64,000 nt of DNA from Alphaproteobacteria bacterium. GTDB taxonomy: Bacteria > Pseudomonadota > Alphaproteobacteria > UBA828. The stretch spans positions 1,024,001 through 1,088,000 of the forward strand of contig CBDCCI010000002.1 in the NCBI GenBank assembly GCA_965214705.1, in the 5' to 3' direction. The notes beneath the pieces were generated by a model, which did not search any database, was not told where the DNA came from, and saw only the letters and a program-made list of their open reading frames with translations. Below are positions 23,437 through 31,623 of this stretch, in pieces. The position numbers and the translations under genes are program-made. The first letter of the stretch is position 1. Each line of letters starts with the position of its first letter.

Positions 23437-23580
23437 GGAGCGAGTCCGTCCTCGACGGACTCGCGACAGGCCGCGACCGCGGCCCGCCGCGAAAGCGGCG
23501 CCCTCGCGGAGGCGCCGGCCGTCGCGCCCGTAGGCGCGCGAGATCGCGCGACGGCCGGCTGCCGTGAGCGATAAAGACTA
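23437..23580 (+). repeat. Repeat family A, copy 4 (extended last hairpin)
   Basis: Matches copy 1. Lies between convergent trkH and SDR and abuts the SDR stop codon. Confidence 0.9.
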
Positions 23581-24330
23581 CCCCTTTTCCGCCAGCATGC
23601 CGCCGTCGACCGGCAGCACGTGGCCGGTGACGAAGCTCGCCTTGTCCGAGAGCAGCCAGACCACCGCGTCGGCGACCTCCTCGGGCCGGCCGATCCGCCC
23701 CATCGGCACGCGGCCCGAGGCATTGGTGGGGTCATTGTTCCAGCCGCGCAGGAGGAGGGGGGTCAGAATCGGCCCCGGTGCCACCGCGTTCACCCGGATG
23801 CCGTCCTTGGCATAATCGAGTGCCGCCGCCCTGGTCATGCCGGAGACCGCGTGCTTCGCGGTCATGTAGGGCGACCACAGCGGGTAGGCCGCCAAACCCC
23901 ACATGGAGCCCGCGTTGACGATGGAGCCGCCGCCCGACTCCAGCATCGCCGGAATCTCCGCCTGCATGCAGAGATAGACGCCCTCGATCATGACCGCGAA
24001 GACGTGCTGCACTGCGGCCATGTCCTGCTCCGCCAGCAACGCCTGGGGGCCTTCGATGCCGGCGTTGTTGTAGGCGAGGTCGAGCCGGCCGAACTCACTG
24101 AGCGCCCGGTCGATGAGCGCCTCGACCTGGCCCGCCTCGGCCACGTCCACGCGCATGAAGGCGGCTTTGCCGCCCGCGTCGCGCACCTCCGCGGCCACCG
24201 CCTTGCCGCCTTCCTCGTCGATGTCGGAGACCAGCACCGCAGCTCCCTCGGCAGCGAGTGCCACCACCGTCGCCTGCCCGATGCCCGAGCCGCCGCCAGT
24301 CACGATCGCCGCGCGTCCGTCGAATAGCAT
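23578..24330 (-). CDS. Short-chain dehydrogenase/reductase
   Basis: TGGGSGIG, NNAG, YMTAK and IRVNAVAPG. GGAGGAGG RBS. Confidence 0.92.
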   Translation of the reverse strand: MLFDGRAAIVTGGGSGIGQATVVALAAEGAAVLVSDIDEEGGKAVAAEVRDAGGKAAFMRVDVAEAGQVEALIDRALSEFGRLDLAYNNAGIEGPQALLAEQDMAAVQHVFAVMIEGVYLCMQAEIPAMLESGGGSIVNAGSMWGLAAYPLWSPYMTAKHAVSGMTRAAALDYAKDGIRVNAVAPGPILTPLLLRGWNNDPTNASGRVPMGRIGRPEEVADAVVWLLSDKASFVTGHVLPVDGGMLAEKG

Positions 24331-24358
24331 CGTTTCCTCCTCCTCCCGGAGTTTCCGG

Positions 24359-25348
24359 TCAGTCCCCGGGATCGATGACCCGATCGGGCGGGTTGTGCCC
24401 GTCGGCAAAGGTCTGGATGTTGATCAGCACCTTCTCGCCCATGTCGAGGCGCCCCTCGATCGTGGCCGAGCCGATGTGCGGCAACGCCACCACGTTGTCG
24501 AGGGTGAGCAGCTTCGGCGAGACCACCGGCTCGTTCTCGTACACGTCGAGCCCGGCGCCCGCGATCTTGCCAGCCTCCAGCAGGCGCACCAGGGCTGCCT
24601 CGTCGATGGCGTGGCCGCGCGATGTGTTAATGACATAGGCTTGCGGACGCAGCAGACCGAGCCGACGCGCCGAGAGCAGGTGATAGGTCGCCGGCGTGCT
24701 CGGGCAGTGAATGGAGACGAAATCCATATGCGCCAGCATCTGGTCCAGACTCTGCCACCAGGTGGCGTCGAGTTCGGCTTCGGTCTCCTCGTCGAGGCGG
24801 TTCCGGTTGTGATAGTGGATCGCGAGCCCGAAGCCGCGCGCCCGGCGGGCGACCGCCTGGCCGATCCGCCCCATGCCGATGATGCCGAGCCGCTTGCCCC
24901 AGATTCGGTGGCCCAGCATGGTGGTCGGCGCCCAGCCCTGCCAGTCGCCGCCCCGCAGCAGGCGCTCGCCCTCGGAGAGCCGGCGCGGCACCGCGAGGAT
25001 CAGCGCCATGGTCATGTCCGCCGTGTCCTCGGTCAGCACGCCGGGCGTGTTGGTCACCAGAATGCCGCGCTTCCCCGCCGCAGCGAGGTCGATGTGATCG
25101 ACGCCGGTGCCGAAGCTCGCCATCAGCTTCAGGTCAGGGCCGGACTGGCCGATCAGGTCGCCGTCGATGGTATCCGTCACGGTCGGCACGAGCACGTCGG
25201 CCTCTGCCACAGCCTTCGCCATGGCCTCGCGGTCGAGCGGCCAATCGTCCTCGTTGAGTCGGGTGTCGAAAAGCTCCATCATGCGCGCCTCGATCTCCCG
25301 GGGGAGACGCCGCGTCACGATCACCTTGAGCTTTCTGCCAAGCCTCAT
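24359..25348 (-). CDS. D-glycerate dehydrogenase / glyoxylate reductase (D-2-hydroxyacid dehydrogenase)
   Basis: VTNTPGVL, GIIGMGRIG, INTSRG, LDVYENEP and PHIGSAT. Confidence 0.92.
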   Translation of the reverse strand: MRLGRKLKVIVTRRLPREIEARMMELFDTRLNEDDWPLDREAMAKAVAEADVLVPTVTDTIDGDLIGQSGPDLKLMASFGTGVDHIDLAAAGKRGILVTNTPGVLTEDTADMTMALILAVPRRLSEGERLLRGGDWQGWAPTTMLGHRIWGKRLGIIGMGRIGQAVARRARGFGLAIHYHNRNRLDEETEAELDATWWQSLDQMLAHMDFVSIHCPSTPATYHLLSARRLGLLRPQAYVINTSRGHAIDEAALVRLLEAGKIAGAGLDVYENEPVVSPKLLTLDNVVALPHIGSATIEGRLDMGEKVLINIQTFADGHNPPDRVIDPGD

Positions 25349-25416
25349 CGACCCTCCGCGCGCGGCTCGATGGGCGCGATCCGAGCGCAACCGGCAGCCT
25401 GTTTAGCAAACGCCCC

Positions 25417-26019
25417 ATGGCGACTCAAACCGCAGGGCGGGATTCGGCGCCCGCCATGAGTGCTGATCGAAGCCGCCGCCGCGGGCAATGCGCGCCGCAG
25501 CACACCCTTCGCACGCCTGCGCGCCTCTTTGCGGCCGGCCGTGCGCTCGCGCTGGCGGCGGCGCTCGCGGCTATGGTCACCGCCGTCGCCGCGGCTCTTG
25601 GGCCGCAAGTCCGCGCCCAGGAGGGTCCGCGCTTCGTCTCGCTGAAGGCGGAGGTCGCCAACCTTCGGGTCGGCCCCGGCCGGCGCTATCCCATCGAGTG
25701 GGTCTACCAGCGGCGCGGCCTGCCGCTGCTGGTGGTCGCACACTTCGATCAATGGCGCTGGGTGCTCGACCACGAGGGGACGAAGGGCTGGATGCACAAG
25801 TCGCTGCTCTCGACCCACCGCACAGTCGTCATCATGGGCGGGGTGCAGACCGTCCACGAGCGTCCGTTGACCGGCTCGCCGGCGGTGCTCAGGGCCGAAG
25901 CCGGGGTCATCGCCGATCTGCTCGGCTGCGAGGACGGCTGGTGCCGCATCGGACTCGCCGGCGAGGAAGGCTGGCTGCCCGAAAGCGCCCTCTGGGGCGC
26001 AAGGCCGCCCGCGCAATAA
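25417..26019 (+). CDS. SH3-domain (DUF1058-like) exported protein
   Basis: PRFVSLK...NLRVGPG..YPIEWVY..GLP, GWMHKSLLS, GWL..LWG. Signal-like helix. Divergent from the hydroxyacid dehydrogenase, as in other alphaproteobacteria. Confidence 0.88.
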   Translation: MATQTAGRDSAPAMSADRSRRRGQCAPQHTLRTPARLFAAGRALALAAALAAMVTAVAAALGPQVRAQEGPRFVSLKAEVANLRVGPGRRYPIEWVYQRRGLPLLVVAHFDQWRWVLDHEGTKGWMHKSLLSTHRTVVIMGGVQTVHERPLTGSPAVLRAEAGVIADLLGCEDGWCRIGLAGEEGWLPESALWGARPPAQ

Positions 26020-26117
26020 CCCGCAAGTCGCGCCGCGTTTACGGCCTGCGTCGACGGTGTAGAGCGCATGTGTCCTTCGGAGCGGCGTCTCGGGATTCAG
26101 CAGAATTTGATTCTTTT

Positions 26118-26379
26118 GCGGCCTATTCCGGCCTATTCCGGCCTACTCCGGCCCAAAGCGGCCCAAGGTGGCCCAAGGTGGCCCAAGGTGGACCAAAGCC
26201 AGCGGTCCAAGGTGGACCAAAGCGGCGACCGTCCCTCGTTGCGACGCCGACAACGGTGCGGACTGCTCGAACGTCCTTCCGCCCACCGCGGCCCGCTCGC
26301 TGTCGTGCTGAATGAACTTGCTCCTCATGGCGGGATGCTGGCGCAACCACCGCGCTCTGTGCACCGCACCATGGTCCGG
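26118..26379 (-). repeat. Repeat family B, copy 2, with 10-bp tandem array
   Basis: Reverse complement of 5678-5919. Eight in-phase 10-mers at 26121-26200 (GCCTATTCCG x2, GCCTACTCCG, GCCCAAAGCG, GCCCAAGGTG x3, GACCAAAGCC). Confidence 0.9.
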
Positions 26380-26429
26380 TGACTCGGACAGGAAGGGGTT
26401 CAGCACGGGAACGTGGCGAGAAGTGCCGC

Positions 26430-27038
26430 TCAGGCTCCGCCGCCGTCCAGGTCCTCGGCGAGGGCGGCGCGGGTCTCCTCCGGCATGACGGCGAGGTGGC
26501 CGTAAGCCGGGTGCTCGATGCCGAGCAGCACGCGTGCCCCCGGCTTACGGAACGCCGCGGCCGCGGCCGGCTGGAAGGGGAAGCGGAGGAAATGGATCGA
26601 GGAGGTCTTGCCGTCCTCGGTCGTCCGCGCGACCTCGTCCTCGATCGGCTGGGCGGCGACTGTGGAACCGCCGACCTCCAGCTTGATGGTGTCCTCGACC
26701 CCGGCCAGGCGGTAGAGCTCGCGCTCTCTGCGCGCCGGATCGTCGATCTCCAGCATGAGCGTCGCGATCAAGGTGTCACCGCGCGGGATCAGCGGGTTGT
26801 AGGCCTCCAGCTCGCCCGCGATCTGCTCCTCCCCGCCGCGCTCGATGTGGAGCATCTCGTGGACCTGCATCCACATGGTCTCGAAGCACTCGAAATGGAA
26901 CGTGGCGAAGGGGCCGACGGCGAGCCTGCGGTTGCGCTTCAGCGCTGTGACCGCGGCGCGACGTTCCTTCCGGACCTTCGCGTAGTCCGCCATGTCCATG
27001 ATGTCGGCGCGGGTGAGCGCGCGGCGCGGCTGGCTCAT
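26430..27038 (-). CDS. DUF3501 family protein
   Basis: KRNRRLAVGP..TFHFE, QVHEMLHIE, ELEAYNPLIP and KTSSIHFLRF. Next to an Fe-S oxidoreductase. Confidence 0.88.
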   Translation of the reverse strand: MSQPRRALTRADIMDMADYAKVRKERRAAVTALKRNRRLAVGPFATFHFECFETMWMQVHEMLHIERGGEEQIAGELEAYNPLIPRGDTLIATLMLEIDDPARRERELYRLAGVEDTIKLEVGGSTVAAQPIEDEVARTTEDGKTSSIHFLRFPFQPAAAAAFRKPGARVLLGIEHPAYGHLAVMPEETRAALAEDLDGGGA

Positions 27039-27042
27039 CGTT

Positions 27043-28401
27043 TCAGGCGAGGCCGTAGGCACGGGCCAGCAGCTCGATGGGGTGATGGGCGCGGCCGGCG
27101 GCAGGCGCGCCGGCGGTGGGATCGCCGTCCTTGGCCGCTTGGCGGGCCATCCCGTTCACGATGTGGGCGCCGGCGAGCGGGCATTCCGAGGCGAGATAGG
27201 GGTTCGCCGCCTCGCGCGCCCGGCGCGCGGTGGTGCGGCCGACCTTCAGCGCGGTCTCGTGGAAGCCCTTGGTGACGCCGATGGAGCCGCCGTGGCCGGA
27301 GCAGCGCTCGATGATGGAGACCTCGGTGTCCGGCACCAGCGCCAGCATGTCCGCCGACTTGCGCCCGACGTTCTGGGCCCTCTCGTGGCAAGGCAGGTGG
27401 AGCGTGATGCCGCCGTCGATGGGGGCAAGGCCCGGCGCCAGCCCCTCCGACCGGGAGATGCCGACGACGTATTCACAAATGTCATAGCTGTGCTCGGCGA
27501 GCCGCTTGACCGCCGGGTCTTCCGGCAGGATCAGCGGCCATTCGAGCTTGAGCATGAGCGCGCAGCTCGCGACCAGCCCGATCACGTCGTAGCCCTTGTC
27601 GATCCACTCGTCGAGCGCCCCCGCTACATGCCGCGCATTGTCGGCGACGCGCTCGATATCGCCCTCTTCCAGCTGCGGCATACTGCAGCAGCGGGGATAG
27701 ACCACGACGGTCTCGACCCCGTTGTGCGCCAGCACCTTGCGGGCTGCTGCGCCGACCTCCGGCTGGTTGTAGTTGGCGAAGCAGGTCGCGTAAATCACCG
27801 CCTTGCGACCGTTCGCAGGCGCCTGCCGGTTGACCGCCGGCCCTCCCTTGGCCGCACGGTCGAGCATGGTGCGGCGGTGGTAGCGCGGCAGCGGCGCCTC
27901 CTTATGGACGCCAGCGACCGCCTCCATCAGCGGCCGGGTGAGGCGGTTGTCGCGGGCCGAGCCCCAGTTCATGACCGGCGCGAAGGTGCGGGCAAGGCGG
28001 CCGTTTCGGTCGGTCTCCGCAAGCCGTTTGGACGCGGTGGTATGGCGCCGGCCTGCCCGGCGGTCGGCGGCGCGGTGGCGCAGCATGAGATGGGGGAAAT
28101 CGACGTCCCACTCGTGCGGCGGGGTGTAGGGGCACATGGTCATGAAACACATGTCGCAGAGCGTGCAGGCGTCCACGACTGACTTGAAGCCTGACGAATC
28201 GACGGAATCGAGCTCGCCCGTCTCGGATTCGTCGATCAGGTCGAACAGCCGCGGGAAAGAATCGCAGAGGCTGAAGCAGCGCCGGCAGCCGTGGCAGATG
28301 TCGAAGACGCGGCGCGTCTCCTGCTCCAGCGCCGCGCTGTCGTAGAACTCGGGGTTTCGCCAGTCTATCGGATGGCGGAAGGGCGCGCCCTCGTCGGCCA
28401 T
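27043..28401 (-). CDS. Heterodisulfide-reductase-like Fe-S oxidoreductase (GlpC-like, CCG domains)
   Basis: CHGCRRCFSLC and CTLCDMCFMTMCPY clusters plus CCG-type CCSMP and CSGHGG. Confidence 0.9.
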   Translation of the reverse strand: MADEGAPFRHPIDWRNPEFYDSAALEQETRRVFDICHGCRRCFSLCDSFPRLFDLIDESETGELDSVDSSGFKSVVDACTLCDMCFMTMCPYTPPHEWDVDFPHLMLRHRAADRRAGRRHTTASKRLAETDRNGRLARTFAPVMNWGSARDNRLTRPLMEAVAGVHKEAPLPRYHRRTMLDRAAKGGPAVNRQAPANGRKAVIYATCFANYNQPEVGAAARKVLAHNGVETVVVYPRCCSMPQLEEGDIERVADNARHVAGALDEWIDKGYDVIGLVASCALMLKLEWPLILPEDPAVKRLAEHSYDICEYVVGISRSEGLAPGLAPIDGGITLHLPCHERAQNVGRKSADMLALVPDTEVSIIERCSGHGGSIGVTKGFHETALKVGRTTARRAREAANPYLASECPLAGAHIVNGMARQAAKDGDPTAGAPAAGRAHHPIELLARAYGLA

Positions 28402-28414
28402 CGCGACGGCAGTG

Positions 28415-28627
28415 TTACCGGCACGAACCGCAGAGCCGGTTGCCCGGCCCCGCGCTATCGAAGAGGCGGCCGCAGCGCAGGCAGCGGCGTTGGCTCTCTT
28501 GCGCCTCCAGGCGATCGAGCTCCGCGAGTTCGTCGGAGAGCGAGATCATCCCCGGTCCGCGATCCACATTTCTGGCGGCTTCACGCCGCGCATCCCATTT
28601 GGTCCGTCGTTGAGGCGCGAGCGACAT
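28415..28627 (-). CDS. Small putative zinc-ribbon protein (CxxC-x12-CxxC)
   Basis: C-terminal RRCLRCGRLFDSAGPGNRLCGSCR. 13 bp from the downstream Fe-S gene. Start uncertain. Confidence 0.65.
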   Translation of the reverse strand: MSLAPQRRTKWDARREAARNVDRGPGMISLSDELAELDRLEAQESQRRCLRCGRLFDSAGPGNRLCGSCR

Positions 28628-28761
28628 CGTTTGGCGCGAGTTCCCTGGCGAGGTTGTCGGTGGGTAGTCCGGTAGGACCATTGTAGCGGAACTCGGCGCT
28701 CGATCTAAGCCAAATCTTCATATCGAACGCCCAAAATGGGCACCCCAGCCGGCCGCGGGGG

Positions 28762-29853
28762 CTATTCGGCCGCCTCGGTGCTGCCGGCAGGCGTGCGGAA
28801 GGCCGGAATCACCGCCTCGGCGAATAGCCGCAGGCTTTTCAATAGATTATCCGCGCCATAGTAGGGCGGATAATGGAGCAGCAGGGAATCGAGGCCGGTC
28901 GCGGCGCGCAGCGCCCGGATGCGGGCGATCACGGTCTCGGGCGAGCCGTGGACCAAGGTGGTCTCCAGCAGCGTGTCGTAGTCGAACGCCGCAGCGCTCT
29001 CCTTCTCCGAGACGTTGCCGAGATAGCCCGCGGTCTTCTTGCCGAGGAACGCTTCGAGATGGCGGACGATGCCGGCCTCGCTCTCCTCCCGCGCCTTGGC
29101 GTCGGTCTCGGCCACATAGACCCAGCGGGCGATATTGATGGAGCCGAAGGCAGGATTGGCGTTCCAGGGCGCCGGGGCGTGAGCCATGGTCTCGCGATAG
29201 AGGGCGATCTGCCCGGCGAGGGTTTCGAACGACGGCAGGGTGGAGAGCATCAGGCCGAAGCCGTGGCGCGCGGCGACCTCGATGGAGCGGTTGGTGCCGG
29301 CGGCCATGTAGAACGGCGGATGCGGCTGCTGCACGCTCACCGGGTAGATCTCGTAGTCGCCTTCGACCCGGTGCTGGAAATGGGCGCCCTCGTGGCTGAC
29401 CTTCCGCGTATGAAAGGCATCCAGAATCAAGGGGATGGCCTCTTCCTGGATGTCGTGGCGGGCGTCGAACGGGATCCCGAAGCCCTCATACTCGTAGGGC
29501 CGGTAGCCGGAGCCGAGACCGAGGCTCAGCCGCCCGTCGCTCAGAATGTCCACGAAGGCCGCGTTCTCGACGATCCGCATCGGGTTGTGCAGCGGCAGCG
29601 TCATCACCGCCGTGCCGAGACCGATCTTGGTGGTCTTGGGCGCAAGATAGCCCAGGTAGACGAAGGGGTCCGGCAGCACGCCGTACTGGTTGGAAAAGTG
29701 GTGCTCGGCGATCCAGGCGGTGTCGTAGCCGAGCCGGTCCGCCTCCACGATTTCGCGCGTCACCCGCGCGTGCACGGCGCGGTGCGGGTAGGGCTCCACG
29801 TCGAGATTGGGCTGCGAGGTGACGAGAACGCCAAACTTCATTCTTTTCTCCAC
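28762..29853 (-). CDS. LLM-class flavin-dependent oxidoreductase
   Basis: MKFGV, WIAEHHF, LGTAV.TLPLHNP and DILSDGRL.LGLGSGY. Confidence 0.9.
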   Translation of the reverse strand: MEKRMKFGVLVTSQPNLDVEPYPHRAVHARVTREIVEADRLGYDTAWIAEHHFSNQYGVLPDPFVYLGYLAPKTTKIGLGTAVMTLPLHNPMRIVENAAFVDILSDGRLSLGLGSGYRPYEYEGFGIPFDARHDIQEEAIPLILDAFHTRKVSHEGAHFQHRVEGDYEIYPVSVQQPHPPFYMAAGTNRSIEVAARHGFGLMLSTLPSFETLAGQIALYRETMAHAPAPWNANPAFGSINIARWVYVAETDAKAREESEAGIVRHLEAFLGKKTAGYLGNVSEKESAAAFDYDTLLETTLVHGSPETVIARIRALRAATGLDSLLLHYPPYYGADNLLKSLRLFAEAVIPAFRTPAGSTEAAE

Positions 29854-29878
29854 GGACCGCCCCCGAGGGCAGCGGCTC

Positions 29879-30097
29879 CTATTCGCTGTAGATTGTCCAC
29901 TCGCCGTCTTCTCCGGTCAGGAGACCTTCGCCCGGCGGAATCTCGTCCGGATCGTCCTTCCACTTGCTGGGATGGAGCGGCTCGCCGCAGGCCGCGAGCC
30001 CGAAGACCACCGCGACGGCCAGGACCGGGACGATGAGTACGGTCGCGCCACGCAAACGCGCGCTCACCCAGGACAAGGGGCACAATTTAGTTTCCAT
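29879..30097 (-). CDS. Small putative lipoprotein
   Basis: Hydrophobic stretch followed by lipobox LAA|C. Acidic tail EIPPGEGLLTGEDGEWTIY. Tightly packed in the operon. Confidence 0.65.
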   Translation of the reverse strand: METKLCPLSWVSARLRGATVLIVPVLAVAVVFGLAACGEPLHPSKWKDDPDEIPPGEGLLTGEDGEWTIYSE

Positions 30098-30103
30098 GTT
30101 GGG

Positions 30104-30766
30104 CTATTCCGCAGCGCCTTCGACCGGTGCCTCGACGCGCGCCCTGAGGTCGCCCAGCAGGCCGTCGACACCCTTGCGGTTGACGACCGAGGCGAACTCG
30201 ACCCGGTGGGTATGCAGCATGCTGATACCTTCGACGCTCACGTCGATGACCTTGTAGCCCTCATCCCGCTTGCGCACGCGGAAATCGACCCCGATGGGAT
30301 CGCCGCCGGAGGGCCGCACGATCTGCGCTCGCACGATCTTGTCGCCGCTCTCGTCATTGATCACCGAGCGTGCCGTAAACAGCTCGCCACCGTAGGAATC
30401 GAAGCGGCTGGCGTATACGCGCACGATGAAGTCGACGAAGATCGCGCGGTATTCCTTGCGTTGCTCCTTGCTCGCCGTCTTCCAGTGACGCCCGAGCACG
30501 AAGCGGGCGACGATCGGAATGTCGAAGCCTTCCACCATGACCTCGCGGAAGGCGGCCTCTCGCTGCTCGAACGTCGTGTTGGCCTTGTCCTTGAGGACCG
30601 AGATGGCCTGGTCCCCAAGGCCCTGAATGAACGTGAGCGCCGGGTCGTCGGATGCGGCGGCGCGCTGCGCGCCGAGCGCGGATAGCAATACGGCCGCAGC
30701 GAGGGCGGCGGCCGCGAGAGAGCGTCGAGAGATGAGAATGCTCATGGGATGTCTGCCCTGTCTCAT
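30104..30766 (-). CDS. mlaC: MlaC/Ttg2D phospholipid-binding periplasmic protein
   Basis: FDIPIVARFVLGRHWK and YKVIDVSVEGISM...R.EF. Downstream of mlaA. Start could be 30745. Confidence 0.9.
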   Translation of the reverse strand: MRQGRHPMSILISRRSLAAAALAAAVLLSALGAQRAAASDDPALTFIQGLGDQAISVLKDKANTTFEQREAAFREVMVEGFDIPIVARFVLGRHWKTASKEQRKEYRAIFVDFIVRVYASRFDSYGGELFTARSVINDESGDKIVRAQIVRPSGGDPIGVDFRVRKRDEGYKVIDVSVEGISMLHTHRVEFASVVNRKGVDGLLGDLRARVEAPVEGAAE

Positions 30767-30799
30767 CCAGGCGTGCCGCGCGGTGTGCTCTTCCCCGGA

Positions 30800-31615
30800 T
30801 CACTCCTCATCGAAGTCCTCGTCGAAATCCTCATCGAAGTCGAAGTCGGGGATCTCCATCGCGGGCGGCGGCGCACCGTCCCTGATCTCCGTGGCCCGAT
30901 ACTGACGGTATAGCTCACGCAATGCAGCATAAAAGTCGACCGAGGTGCTTTCCAGCGTTTCCAGTTCTTCGAGGTACTGGGCGCGCTGAGAGACGCCGCT
31001 GGTGACGCCGCGAGCGAGCCCGGCCTCGGCCGGCAGGAGATAACCGAAGGGATCCGCGAACCAATCGACCCCGAAGGCCGCCGCGTCGCGGGGATTGGTC
31101 GGCCCCAGCAGCGGCAGCATGAGGAACGGCTCGCCACCCACGCCCCATGTCGCAAGAGTCTGCCCAAAGTCCTCCGGCGTGCGCTCGTATCCCCACTCCG
31201 CGGCCACGTCGAAGATGCCGCCGACGCCGATGGTGGTGTTGACCGTGAAGCGCATGAGCGTCGAGCCCGCCCGTTCGAACTTGCCCTGAGCCGCGTTGTT
31301 CACAAGGTTGAGCGGTTCCGCCAGATTGCCCAGAACATTGGCAATTCTGTGGCGTACTTCATTTGGAAGGATGAACACGTAGGCCTCGGCGATCGGCTTC
31401 AACAGGAAGCGGTCGATCGTCTGGTTGACCTCGAACATCGCCCGGTTGAAGTCTTCGAGCGGATCGTTCGCGTCGAAGGGGTCCTGAGCGCGGCCGTCTG
31501 CGGCGACACAGAGCAGCGCGCCGGCGAGCAGCAGGATCGCTAGAAGGCGCTGCGGGGCGGCGAATGGGCCGATGGCTCGGCGCGGAGCGGGCTGTCGCGG
31601 AAGGCTCTCGCTCAT
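30800..31615 (-). CDS. mlaA: MlaA/VacJ family outer-membrane lipid-asymmetry protein
   Basis: DPLEDFNRAMF.VN, RFTVNTTIGVGGIFDVA, EDFGQTL..WG and LPLLGPTNPRD. Real start is ATG 31615; the ORF-track extension overlaps the EF-G paralog. Confidence 0.92.
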   Translation of the reverse strand: MSESLPRQPAPRRAIGPFAAPQRLLAILLLAGALLCVAADGRAQDPFDANDPLEDFNRAMFEVNQTIDRFLLKPIAEAYVFILPNEVRHRIANVLGNLAEPLNLVNNAAQGKFERAGSTLMRFTVNTTIGVGGIFDVAAEWGYERTPEDFGQTLATWGVGGEPFLMLPLLGPTNPRDAAAFGVDWFADPFGYLLPAEAGLARGVTSGVSQRAQYLEELETLESTSVDFYAALRELYRQYRATEIRDGAPPPAMEIPDFDFDEDFDEDFDEE

Positions 31616-31623
31616 GCCGGCGG

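Noticed and set aside
26121-26222. Tandem repeats as a possible CRISPR array
   Set aside because: Units are 10 bp and contiguous, with no unique spacers and no cas genes.
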